DNA from: Piromyces finnis finn
Taxonomy: Eukaryota > Fungi > Neocallimastigomycota
NCBI GenBank assembly: GCA_002104945.1
Contig: MCFH01000005.1
Span: forward strand, 806,001-870,000
DNA: 64,000 nucleotides
Direction of reading: 5' to 3'
A program made the position numbers and the translations under genes. The notes beneath the pieces were generated by a model. It was not told where the DNA came from and made no database searches. It saw only the letters and a program-made list of their open reading frames with translations. Each line of letters begins with the position of its first letter. The stretch's first letter is position 1. Positions 1 to 11,651 of this stretch are shown one piece after another.

Positions 1-866
1 TCATTAATTGCAAAATCATAATAGCTTTCAAGAGTATCAATTAAGCCAGGAATATTCTTTAAACCAATAGAAATTCCTAATTCATGAGCTGTATTTCCTA
101 ACCATTTAGCAAATTGAACTGCATCTGATTCTTTAAGATCCCAATGATTTTTATTTACACTATAACCATCTAAATTATCAACTTCAATACCATCACAGTT
201 TTTACTTACAGCAACTTTCATACGATTCTTAATTAAAGGCTTAATACCTTCAACTCGATAATCAAGCCAATATTCACCTGGCCAATCATCATATTCATTT
301 TTAACTAATCCTGATATAGCTTTAAAATCTTTAAAATCATCACGCCATTTTTCAATTGTACCTACAGAGAAATAACATATAACCTTTTTACCAGCATTAT
401 GAAATTCTTTAATTTTTGAATTGCTTAATTCATAATCAACATCAATAACTTGGGCCTTTTCGGAATTACTTTATTAAGTTGGAATAATATTACAGTAAAA
501 TTATTTTTAAATAATATTAATGTATTATAAAATATAAAAAAAAATAAAAATAACATATTAATAAATGACTATATAATTTATTATTATAAATAATATTTCT
601 TGATATTAATATTATTAATTTTTTTTAAAAAAAAAAATATTATATAAATTATAAACTAAAATTTTGTTTTTTTTTATCTTTCACTAAATATTTAATTTAT
701 AATTTAAAATATTCTAATTTAAAATAATTATTATATTTAATACAAACACATTAAATTTATCATCTCCTATAACATAATTCCAAGTTAAACCTGGAGTTGG
801 TTTCCATCTTGCTTCAACATTAGATAACAATAAGGAGGTAATTACTGTTGATAATAAGAATTTCAT
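1..866 (-). CDS. GH114 family glycoside hydrolase (endo-alpha-1,4-galactosaminidase-like), copy 1; two exons seen (866-748, 468-<1), 3' end outside window
   Basis: ATG at 866 gives signal peptide MKFLLSTVITSLLLSNVEA then RWKPTPGLTWNY. A GT-AG intron (747-469) restores the frame to FNVNSEKAQVIDVDY...KKVICYFSVGTIEKWRDD...WPGEYWLDYR...CDGIEVDNLD...GLKN...YDFAIN, the same motifs as the two downstream paralogs. Confidence 0.88.
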
Positions 867-1565
867 TTTTTTTTTTTTTTTATCTTTTAAAAATCTATTA
901 TTTTATTATATATTTATATATATTATACTTTATATTATTGAATTTTATAAAAACTCTTTATTTTTAATAATAAAAAAAAGAAATTGATATTGTCGTCAAT
1001 TGCTATTTTTTTTTTTTTTTTAGAAATCTTTATATAACAAATTGTAATTATTTTCAATTTAATTATTTAAAAGGTAAATTAATTTGAAAATAATTACAAT
1101 TAATTTCAATAATAATAAAACAAATCTATAAAAATATAAAAGAAAAGAAATGAAAAGAAAAGAAAAGAAAAATAAAATAAAAAACAAAAAAATAAAGGGG
1201 ATATATCTTAATATTTATTATTAATGATTATTCATATCATAATAATAGCAATAATCATTAATAATTTAGAAAATGACAAATGTTAATCATGATAAAATAG
1301 TTTCACAGCATTATTATTAAAATTACCAACAATTTAATAATATTTAAAATTTCTATATTTTAAATCATTTAATATAAGAAATTTTAAACATTATTAAATA
1401 TAAAGGTAATACAAAATTTATTTTAACCAATAGCTTTATCACTAGTTTATTAAAAGCAAGTAAAAATAAACCATGAATAAATTTAATTTAGTGAAATATA
1501 ATAAAATATTGCTTTTTTTAATATATAAAATATTTATTTATATTAGTGAGTTTCAAAATTAACAA

Positions 1566-1646
1566 ACGACAAAATTCATAATATATATTATTAAAAATTA
1601 AAAAATTAACACACGACAAAATTCATAATATATATTATTAAAAATT
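1566..1646. repeat. Local tandem duplication: 34-bp unit acgacaaaattcataatatatattattaaaaatt twice, period 47
   Basis: Identical 34-mers at 1566-1599 and 1613-1646. Confidence 0.8.
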
Positions 1647-2924
1647 TTAAAAAACTAGAAAAAATAAAAAGTAAAAATATTTAAAAAAAAAAAACAAAGA
1701 CCCTTTTTTATTTACTATTAATTCATATTTTACATCAATATTAAATAATATATAATTATATTTTAGAGCTGACTCTAAAAATTATGATAATATATATATT
1801 ATTAATATGATATTAAATAAATATTATAATTAGTATTTTTTTTAAATATGGGTAAGAATTTCCCATTTATTAATAATAAACAATAATAATATATAGTTTT
1901 CTATATTAAAAATTATATTAAAAAATCATTTTATTCGCATTTGTTTAACATCAAAATCTAATTATATTAGCGCAATTAAAATCACAATAAAAAATGATAA
2001 ATGATATTCTATAATTTATAATTAAAATTATATTGTAAAATAACAATTATAACAATTATATATATTTTTTTTATTAACTTATTTATAAAAAAAAATTAAC
2101 CAAGAAATACAATATATAAAGTTTTAATTTATTATTATTATTTCAAAGCTAAAATTGGCATTTTTTCATAAAATTTTAAATAATTAAAAATTTCAAATTC
2201 AACTGTATATATACATATTATATTAAAAAATTTTTTTATTAATAAAATGTTTTTTTTTTTTGAATATTTAAAGAATAATAAAGATTTAAATAATTTAAAT
2301 TTTTAAATTTTTAATTTTATTTGTACTAATTATAATAACCATCAATATTTAATATAGATAATAAAATAAGAAACATTTATTGACAATATAAATATATTAA
2401 TTTATTATTCTTCTTTTTTAAATCTACAATTATTACGTAAAAGACCATTATAAAACCATTAATAGTTTTAAACAGTATTTTTATCTTTATATATGAAAAA
2501 TATTTTGTAGGAGAAGTTAATTAAAAATGAAAAAAAAATATATATATTAACAATTAATCATGTTATACAGAAAAGCAATAAAATAAAACAAAACACTAAT
2601 TAGTACCAGATGGCAGTAAAACAATTAAATAATAATTCTTCGGAAAATGTCATAAATCAACATTAAAAACTTGAACGAATTAATACTATTAATAATATAA
2701 TATCATTATTTTTTATTAAAAGGGAGAAAGACATCATATTTAAGGAAAAGAAAAAAAAATAGTAAAACTATTATAATAAAAGCTACTATATATTTTATTT
2801 AAGACATAATATAAGTATTAAAATAAAATGTTGATTTATTTAATTTTTATGACCAATAATAATGAAAATGATTTAAGTATTAATGAAACAAAAGTAAATA
2901 TTTAAAATTGATAATGCATATTTA

Positions 2925-3484
2925 TTTTTTTTTTTTTTTTTTTTTTTTAATTTCCGAGTGCATTTCTCCCATCGATCAGAGTTAGCTCCAATGGTGATTC
3001 TTAGAGAAACGTTGGCTCATTCCTATTGCTAGGTGGTTGTGACCCTCTTGGTCTGTCATACTGTTTCTTCAGCTTCGACGCTCACTTAATCCATGTACAT
3101 TAGATGCATGTCGTTGTACGATATTTCACAACTACAATGCTAAGCCTCTTATAGTCAATTTGATCACGTGTCAACCGCCCCCTAATGTTTACACTTAAAT
3201 TGATTAAGGAATATTATGTGTTTTTGGCATAGCCTAAGTCACCACTTATTAAGTTCTAATTTGGAATGTACCATGTACACTAGACCCTCTCAGGCCGGCT
3301 AGACGAGTGTTATTATCATAGTAGTAAATTAGAAAGTTCATTTATACTTACCTGAATATCATAACCCAACCCATGGCAAACCCAGTGGGAAAATCCACAG
3401 GCACTGACATCTGCGGGGTCGAACCAGAAGCCTTATGTATGCTAAGGAAACGCCTTAACAGCCAGGATAAAAACTGGAACGACT
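2925..3484 (-). mobile_element. Candidate tRNA-Ala(AGC)-derived SINE
   Basis: GC-elevated island with no long ORF. The minus-strand head reads AAGGC G TTTCC TTAGCAT ACATA AGGCT TCTGG TTCGACC CCGCA GATGTCA, with exact tRNA spacing and a B box GGTTCGACCCC. The 3' end is followed by A24 (T run 2925-2948). TGCATATT flanks both ends (2915-2922, 3485-3492). Confidence 0.65.
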
Positions 3485-3678
3485 TGCATATTTATTTAAT
3501 TACTCTAGACATAATAAAAAGTATATTTGATTAATAATTATATGTTCTTAATCTAATAATAATGAAAAAAAAAAAAGCAAAAAAGAAATAAATTAAATAT
3601 TACTTATTCGCTAATTTCATTTACTTTAATAATAATTTTTAATTTAAATACAAAAATATAGAAAAATACTTTAAATAT

Positions 3679-3769
3679 TGATTGTTGTATTATACCTTTT
3701 TTTTATCTGATTATTATGATAAATAATTAGATAAAAAAAAAAAGTATAATATGTATAATACAACAATCA
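3679..3769. repeat. ~90-bp imperfect palindrome (hairpin / MITE-like)
   Basis: Left arm tgattgttgtattatac+T-run+atctgattatt; reverse complement of right arm tgattgttgtattatac(atattatac)+T-run+atctaattatt. Confidence 0.7.
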
Positions 3770-5749
3770 GTTTTTATAATATATTATTATAAATATAATA
3801 TTATAAATTAATAAATAATTTATATAATTATTATATTCAAATTGTTTTATTATATTTATATTGATAGTATAAAATAATCCATATAATTTTAATTTTTTTT
3901 ATTCACATATATAAATATATAAAAATTTGTATCAAAGAAATCTTATTTATGAACGGTAGATATATAACTTAATTTTTATTTATAAACAACAACCTGGTAA
4001 ATTTATAAATTTAGAGTTTATTTATAAATATCTTAATTATAATGAGCTATAATTAAATATTTTTAGAAAAATAAAACTATTATAAATATCAAAATTTAAT
4101 GTATATTCATTTTACAATTTCAAATATTTGAATATACATTTTATGAAAATCTTAATATATTGTTATTTTAATTAATAATTTATTAATGAATAATTATAAC
4201 CAAAATATAATTAAAAAATTATATATTAAATAAAAACTTAATATAAACTAATTATTCCATTTAGAATTACGGCGGCAAATAATAATTAAATTTTATTTAG
4301 ATAAAATTAGCCTATCCACCTGTTGATACATACATACAACTAACTATATATATAATCAAGGATTAACATTTTTATTATTAATCCAATAATATTTACTTTT
4401 CTGTGAAATCCGTATACAATATATTAGATGATATTAGTAATTGATTATTGTTAAATTAAAATGGCTTAATTATAATAATTATTATTTATGTTTTTTTAAT
4501 GCGTTATTATATTGTTTATATGTGTTGATAATATATTATATTATAATGGTTAATATAAATATTATATTGACATTTACCTCAATATTTTATTAACATAATA
4601 TTATAGTAATATATTAATACTAACCAATCATATTTTAGTATAAGTTCCACAACTTTAACAATTATCTAAAGTATAAATTTTTTTTTTCATTAAAAAATAT
4701 ACTTAATATGGCAATAATTTTTAGTTTTTATCAAATAAATATCAAATTTAAATGTATAATAAATACATAATATAAAAAATAGTAAATGACTGCTAATAAA
4801 TTTTTAGTTTCTACCATTTTATATATTTTAAATTTAATAAAGGTTAATTATATTTTATAATAAAGTTTATTGTAAAAAAAATTATTTAGTACTAAGATAA
4901 TTAATTTTACTAATAACGACGAAAAAAATAAGGTTTTTCAATTAGGCATTTTTTTTTTAATCTTTTTTAATCTTTTTAATTATATTTAATATATTTATTA
5001 TTAATAAATAGTTTTTAAATTAGTTATTTAATAAAATTAAAATAAAAAATTTTTTTGATAATATTTACATTTATAATTTTTATACTTTTTAAAATATAAT
5101 ACATATACTATAGTTTCTATTAAATTATTATACAAAGTATATTAAAATTATATTATTCAATTTATCAATTAATAATAAATTTTTATTGAAACAATATATT
5201 TCTTTATATTATTAATTGAAAGTCTTTATAAAAAAATTTAATATATTGTAAATTAAAATTCAAACTTTTTTTTTTTAGTATAAATACAAATGTATTTTCC
5301 ATCATCTTGAAAAAAATTTTACAGTTTTTAATGCATAGAAGAATAATTTAATAACTTTATATTTATTAAAAAAAATAAACGTAAGAAAAGTAAAACGTAA
5401 AAATATATGATCGATCGAAACATTTATAAATATTAATCAAACAAAATATTATAAAAATTTAATAAAAATACACAGTAAACAAAAAAATTATTTTTACATT
5501 TGATTGATTTTTAATTTAGCAAATAATATTTTTCTTTTATAATAATAAAAAGAGAAATAATACAATAAAAACAATCAACTTAAAATAATTATATAAGCAT
5601 AAAACTTTTCTATTTTATTTTGAAATAATTATTTATTTAATTTTAATTTAATTTAATTTAATTTACTTTAAAATCTATAAATATATTTATTTATAAATTT
5701 AAAAGTGCTTAATTCCTCTTTTAAACAATATTATAATATTTCTTCAAAA

Positions 5750-7033
5750 ATGAATTTATTAATATCAATTTGCGTTATTGCTTCTTTTCTTTCTAATTAT
5801 GTTAGAGCAGTGTCATGGACAACACCAGGAACAACTTATAATAATGTTATAGCAGATCAACACTTTGATGTTACAATAGAAAAAGCTGAAGTTATTGAAG
5901 TTGATTACCAAACTAGTGCTGATAAGATTTCATTATATCACAGCTATGGTAAGAAAGTAGTTTGCTATTTCTCTGGAGGTACAATTGAAAAATGGCGTTC
6001 TGATTATAATAAATATGCAGCTATACCTGGTTTAATCAAAAATGAATATGGTAACTGGCCAGGTGAATATTGGCTTGATTTTCGTGTTAGCGGAATTCGT
6101 GATTTAGTTTTAGCACGTATGCGTGAAGCTAAAAATAATGGTTGTGATGCTCTTGATGTAGATAATTTAGATGTTTATAATAGTAGGGAAATTAAAAGTT
6201 GGAGTAATCCAATTACTGCTGCTGATACTGTAACATTTGCTAGATGGTTGTCTGAAAAAGCTCATAGTTTTGGTCTTTTAATTGGTTTAAAGAATATTGC
6301 AGGTTTACTTCCAGAACTTTCTGATTACTATGATTTTGCTATTAATGAAAGTTGTGTTAATTATGTTAATGAATGTGGTTTATACAGAGACTTTATTAAA
6401 TCTGGTAAAGCCGTATTTGGACTTACCTATGGTAATTTTGAAGAAAAACTTCCAATAATGTGTAAAGAATTAAATGGTATTGGTATAAGTATGAGCTTTA
6501 AGGAGACTCAAAATTTAGTTCAAGCTGGTTTTTTATTTGATGGAGAAAAATACTGTGGATCTAACTTTAGCAATGGTTATGTTCGTTCTTCTTCAAGTGT
6601 AACTACTAAAAAACCTACTACTACTACTACAAAGAAAAGTACTACTTCTTATTGGACTTCTAAAAAAACTACCACTACTACTACAAAGAAAAGCACTACT
6701 TCTTATTGGACTTCTAAAAAAACTACTACTACAAAGAAAAGTACTACTTCTTATTGGACTTCTAAAAAAACTACCACTACTACTAAAAAGCCAACTTCTA
6801 TTACTACTAAAAAGTCAACTGTTCAATGGACTTCTAAGAAAACTACCTCTACCAAAAAACCAACTACTAGACATACAACTAAAAGAATTGTAACTACTGT
6901 CAGAAAAGTAACTAGTACCAAAAAACATAAAATTACATCAACTTCTAGAAGAATTACCAAAACTGTTAATGGTAAAAAGGTCATTATTGTTATTAAAACT
7001 ATTTTTAGAAGAGGAAAGAAAAAGAATAACTAA
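5750..7033 (+). CDS. GH114 family glycoside hydrolase, copy 2, intronless, with Thr/Lys-rich repetitive C-terminal tail
   Basis: True start is likely ATG 5750 (MNLLISICVIASFLSNYVRA signal peptide). GH114 motifs CYFSGGTIEKWR, WPGEYWLD, CDALDVDNLD, GLKN, FAINESC. Tail has TTKKSTTSYWTSKK repeats. Confidence 0.9.
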   Translation: MNLLISICVIASFLSNYVRAVSWTTPGTTYNNVIADQHFDVTIEKAEVIEVDYQTSADKISLYHSYGKKVVCYFSGGTIEKWRSDYNKYAAIPGLIKNEYGNWPGEYWLDFRVSGIRDLVLARMREAKNNGCDALDVDNLDVYNSREIKSWSNPITAADTVTFARWLSEKAHSFGLLIGLKNIAGLLPELSDYYDFAINESCVNYVNECGLYRDFIKSGKAVFGLTYGNFEEKLPIMCKELNGIGISMSFKETQNLVQAGFLFDGEKYCGSNFSNGYVRSSSSVTTKKPTTTTTKKSTTSYWTSKKTTTTTTKKSTTSYWTSKKTTTTKKSTTSYWTSKKTTTTTKKPTSITTKKSTVQWTSKKTTSTKKPTTRHTTKRIVTTVRKVTSTKKHKITSTSRRITKTVNGKKVIIVIKTIFRRGKKKNN

Positions 7034-7968
7034 TTTATCTGAAAAATAAAAATGACAACTTTTAATTTATATTCGATTTATGCTTTATAATATTAAATTC
7101 TATTATATATATAGTATTAACAATATAATACATAAATCAATTATTTATTTTATATAGTTTATATAGAGTGTATATAAATAAAATTATAATCAAAGGTATA
7201 TAATTGTATATTTGATATCATTTTATTATATATTTTTTCTGTTTTGTTTTTTTTTTTTAGCTCATAGATTTTAGTTTATAAACATATAACATATAAAAAA
7301 AAAAAAAAAAAGAAAAAAAATAAAAGTAAAATAAAACATTATTTTTCTTTTAAACAAAATAATAATTTGAAAATATATAAAGTGTTTGTTAAAATGGTAA
7401 TAAAAAATAAACTTTATAATTTAACATGACATATTAAATCAATAAAGATTACTTTTGTTAATTACTAAAGTTCTAGAATATAAAATTATTCATTTTGTCA
7501 TTATTTGTTATATAATAGATAATAATTTTTTTTTTTTTTTAATTTATTATAGAATATTTTAAATTCATATAATAAATAAATAAAAAAAAAAAAAAAAAAA
7601 AAAAAAAAAGACATAATACCATTAATCAAATCAATATTATTTATAATTATAGTTTTATTTTTTTTTATATATTAATACATTATATATAATGAAAAAAAAA
7701 AAAAAAATAAGAAAATGTATGTGCAACATTTTATAAAGTATAATAAATTAAAGAAAAATAAAAATGTATATATAAAATATAAATATTATAAATAAAAATA
7801 ATAGATTAAATTCAAATTCTTTTTTTTTTTTTTTCTAGTCTTTTTTTTCCTACATCCACCCACTTAATATATACATTGTATAAATAAAAATTTTTATAGT
7901 ATTTAATTATTTTTAACACAACACAGTTATACTCTCTTCAAAAACTATCATTTGCCATTTTTTCTTTT

Positions 7969-9228
7969 TTAGTAATTCCATCTTCTTCTAAAATTAACTA
8001 CTCTACTAATCATAAACATTTTTTTTGATTTTGTAGCAGAACTAGTAACATAATAATCAATAGGATTATTAGAAGAGTAATTATCTTTTTCAGTATTTGC
8101 CGATGCTTGGGTATCATTTTTTACATTTTCAATAGTTTCAGATAGTTGAGTAGAATGTTCTGGATTTGTAACAGCTGTAGATGTTTGCTTATCCTTATCC
8201 GAACTTTCAGTGGTTGTAGATGTTTGTGTAGCCTTATCCGAACTCTTAATAGTTGTAGATGTTTGTGTAGCTTTATCCGAACTCTTAATAGTTGTAGATG
8301 TTTGTGTAGCCTTCTCTGTAGTCATAGTAGTAGTAAGTGTTTGAGTAATTGTTTTTTTAATAGTAGTTACATTAACTGGAATAGTATGATTATAACCATT
8401 TTTATAGCCAGAGCCACAATATTTTTCACCATCAAATATAAAACCATCTTGAACTAATTTTTGAGTCTTCTTAAAGCTCATACTTATACCAATACCATTT
8501 AATTCTTTACACATTATTGGAAGTTTTTCTTCAAAATTACCATAGGTAAGTCCAAATACGGCTTTACCAGATTTAATAAAGTCTCTGTATAAACCACATT
8601 CATTAACATAATTAACACAACTTTCATTAACAGCAAAATCATAGTAATCAGAAAGTTCTGGAAGTAAACCTGCAATATTCTTTAAACCAATAGAAAGACC
8701 TAAATTATGAGCTTCTTCAGACAACCATCTAGCAAATATTACAGTTTCAGCAGCAGTGATTGGATTACTCCATTTTTTAATTTCCTTACTATTGTAAGCA
8801 TCTAAATTATCTACATCAAGAGCATCACAACCATTATTTTTAGCTTCACGCATACGTGCTAAAATTAAATCATGAATTCCTTCAACACGAAAATCAAGCC
8901 AATATTCACCTGGCCAGTCACCATATTCATTTTTGATTAAACCAGGTATAGCTTCATATTTATCATAATCAGAACGCCATTTTTCAATTGTACCTCCAGA
9001 GAAATAACAAATTACTTTCTTACCATAGTCATGATATAATTCAATTTTCTTTGCACTAGTTTGGAAATCAACCTCAACAACTTCAGCTTTTTCTATATCA
9101 ATATTAAAATTTGGATCTGCTATAACATCATTCCATGTTGTTCCTGGTTCTGGTTTCCATAATTCTGCTTTAGCGCGATTAATAAAATATAAGGTAGCAG
9201 TAACATAAATTGTTTTTAAAAATTTCAT
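7969..9228 (-). CDS. GH114 family glycoside hydrolase, copy 3, intronless, with Thr/Ser-rich tail
   Basis: ATG at 9228 (MKFLKTIYVTATLYFINRAKA signal peptide). Same GH114 motifs as copy 2. Tail has DKATQTSTTIKSS repeats. Convergent with copy 2. Confidence 0.9.
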   Translation of the reverse strand: MKFLKTIYVTATLYFINRAKAELWKPEPGTTWNDVIADPNFNIDIEKAEVVEVDFQTSAKKIELYHDYGKKVICYFSGGTIEKWRSDYDKYEAIPGLIKNEYGDWPGEYWLDFRVEGIHDLILARMREAKNNGCDALDVDNLDAYNSKEIKKWSNPITAAETVIFARWLSEEAHNLGLSIGLKNIAGLLPELSDYYDFAVNESCVNYVNECGLYRDFIKSGKAVFGLTYGNFEEKLPIMCKELNGIGISMSFKKTQKLVQDGFIFDGEKYCGSGYKNGYNHTIPVNVTTIKKTITQTLTTTMTTEKATQTSTTIKSSDKATQTSTTIKSSDKATQTSTTTESSDKDKQTSTAVTNPEHSTQLSETIENVKNDTQASANTEKDNYSSNNPIDYYVTSSATKSKKMFMISRVVNFRRRWNY

Positions 9229-11651
9229 TTTTTGGAAGAATATAAATTTATTAAAAGTAAATTTTAAATATATTAAAATGGTCACTGTTATTGTCCTTTT
9301 TCTTTTCGTTATTTGTCTTACTTTTTGTTTTTATTATTGTTGTTGTTGCTGTTTTTATTATTAGTAGTAGTAGTAGTTGTTGTAATTAATTAATTAATTA
9401 ATAATATTTTTTATTTATTTATTTTTTTTTATTTTTATTTTCTTATTACTTTTTTTATTATATAATAAATAAACTAAATATATATGTTTCTATAATATCC
9501 TTCTTGATATTCAATTTTTAATACAAAAAAAAAAAAAAAGAATAATCAATAATTATTACTGAATTAAAAACAAAATTATTAAAAAAAATAAAAGAGGGAA
9601 TTCTTCATAGTATTTATATTAAAATATAAAAATAAAAGTAGGATTTTTCTTTTTAACTTAAATTAAAAAAAAAAAAAAAAAAAAAAAAGATTTAATTAAA
9701 GAGTGCATTTTCTTTCCATTATCTTAAAAATTATCTTTTTTTTTTTGTAATTATTGAAAAAAAAAAAATAAGCTTTAATACAAATTAAATTTGTGGCGAT
9801 ATAAAAAAAACGGCCGATAAAAAATTTAATGTATAATAAAAAAAATTATCTCTTTATATCTTTTTTATTAAAAATATTATTGTTAATTAATAATAACCTA
9901 ATTTTTTAAAATTTGTTTTTTTTTTAAAAAATATATATAAGCTTTTTTTTTTTTTCTCGTTTATTCTTTTTTATTTTTGTCGTAAAATAATGTTTATTAA
10001 TTTATTCATTCGCCGCCTAATTCCTTCAATTATATAATACATAAAAAAAAAGTGTTTTTTCAATAAAAAAAATATCACAATATTAAGTTTAATATATTAT
10101 AAAGTCCATTTAAAAATATGCTTTCTTTCCGTAAAAATAGTAATTAAAATAACTTAAAAATAATGTATTACAAAAAAAGGTTTTAAAATACACTATAAAT
10201 ATATAAATATATATTATGAAAATTATTTAAATAAGTTTTATTTAATAATACAATATTACTTCTAATCAAACGAATTTATATTAATGCATTTCATATTAAA
10301 TAGTCATTCATTTATGATAATAAGCCACAAAGAATTGAGTGAGAATTTCTTTTATATATTAAATAATTTTAATTTATTAGTAAACTCTAAATAATAATAA
10401 ATTAAATAATTATTTTAACAAAATATTATAATAAAATATTATAAAATTGTTTATGGAAAGTCCACTTTTTAATTAAAAATAAAAATTAATTTAATAAGAA
10501 TTTATATTGAATTTAATACCTATGTTATAAATATAAATTATAATATTACGAACCAATAATTACTTTTAAAAAAAACTAATGATGTTTATTTCTCTTATTA
10601 AAGTTTTTAATTAAAATACAATGAAAAACTTTTTTTATTTAATGATTAATATAAAAAATAATCTTTTATATTTTTTTATTAATTAAAGAAATTCAGTAAT
10701 AATTGAAAAACTAACTTTTTAATGATGGCTAATGGATAAAAAAAAAAGAACAACTTTTTTACTATTTTTTTATTATTAAAATAGATATATAATAGATATA
10801 TATATACTATATATACTATTAATTAAAATAGTAAAATAGCATAAAGTTCTTGGTTAAAATATGAAACAAACCATAAATATATATTAATTTTTTAATTCAA
10901 GATTTGATGCAACAATTTGTAGTACTTTTGGAGTTTAAATTTGAATTTTTTTTTTTTATTATTGCTTTAATTTGATTTTTTGTTTATTTGTTTATTTGTT
11001 TTTGGTTTTTCTGGTTTTTTTGGTTTTTTTGGTTTTTAATATTTATCAAATTTTTAATTTATCATATTATTAATATAATATAATATAATAATATATGGTA
11101 AAGTATATTCTTTATTTTAAAATATAATTAAATTTCAGATATTTATTATATTATTAGAGGTGCATCATCCAAATTTCAAACTGAGTAACCAAAAATAATT
11201 TAATAAAAATAAAAAAAAAAAAATATAGATATTCAATGTATGATTCCTTTTATGACCTACTTAAATCGTTAATATAATGTTAACATAATGACTAGATATT
11301 TTCTAAATATGAATTATTAATAAAAATAAGAATGTAAAATTTTGAATAAAGGGAAGATAAAACTTAGGCAAATTTAAAATTAATAATAAAATTTTTATTA
11401 ATAATTATTGTAAAAGAAAAGTATTTTAATTTTTTTATTTTTTTTTTTTTTATTATTATGATTTATTAGCAACAATTAAATTAATTATGAAAAAATGAAG
11501 TTTATAATCAGATAGACTTAAATAAATACAAAAAAAAAAAAAAACATATACTAGATGATATTTTTTTTTATATTTATTAATGAATGAATGAAAAATGTGA
11601 AATTTAGCTTAGATATTAATAGGAGTAATTCTGCTAATTATTAACTAAAAA

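Noticed and set aside
3284-3301. Minus-strand TAGCCGGCCTGAGAGGGT resembles a stretch of bacterial 16S rRNA
   Set aside because: Only 18 nt, with no rRNA-like flanks; not evidence of an rRNA gene or contamination.
3344-3354. ATACTTACCTG, identical to the 5' end of U1 snRNA
   Set aside because: The downstream sequence lacks the U1-70K loop, the U1A loop and an Sm site. It is equally a 5' splice-site-like CAG/GTAAGT on the minus strand of the SINE candidate.
2949-3484. Functional tRNA gene or RNase P/telomerase RNA as alternative reading of the GC island
   Set aside because: Anticodon and acceptor stems do not pair, so not a functional tRNA. No convincing RNase P or telomerase conserved elements recognised by eye.
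8146-8457. 103-aa Cys-rich ORF on + strand
   Set aside because: Antisense shadow of the repeat tail of GH114 copy 3.
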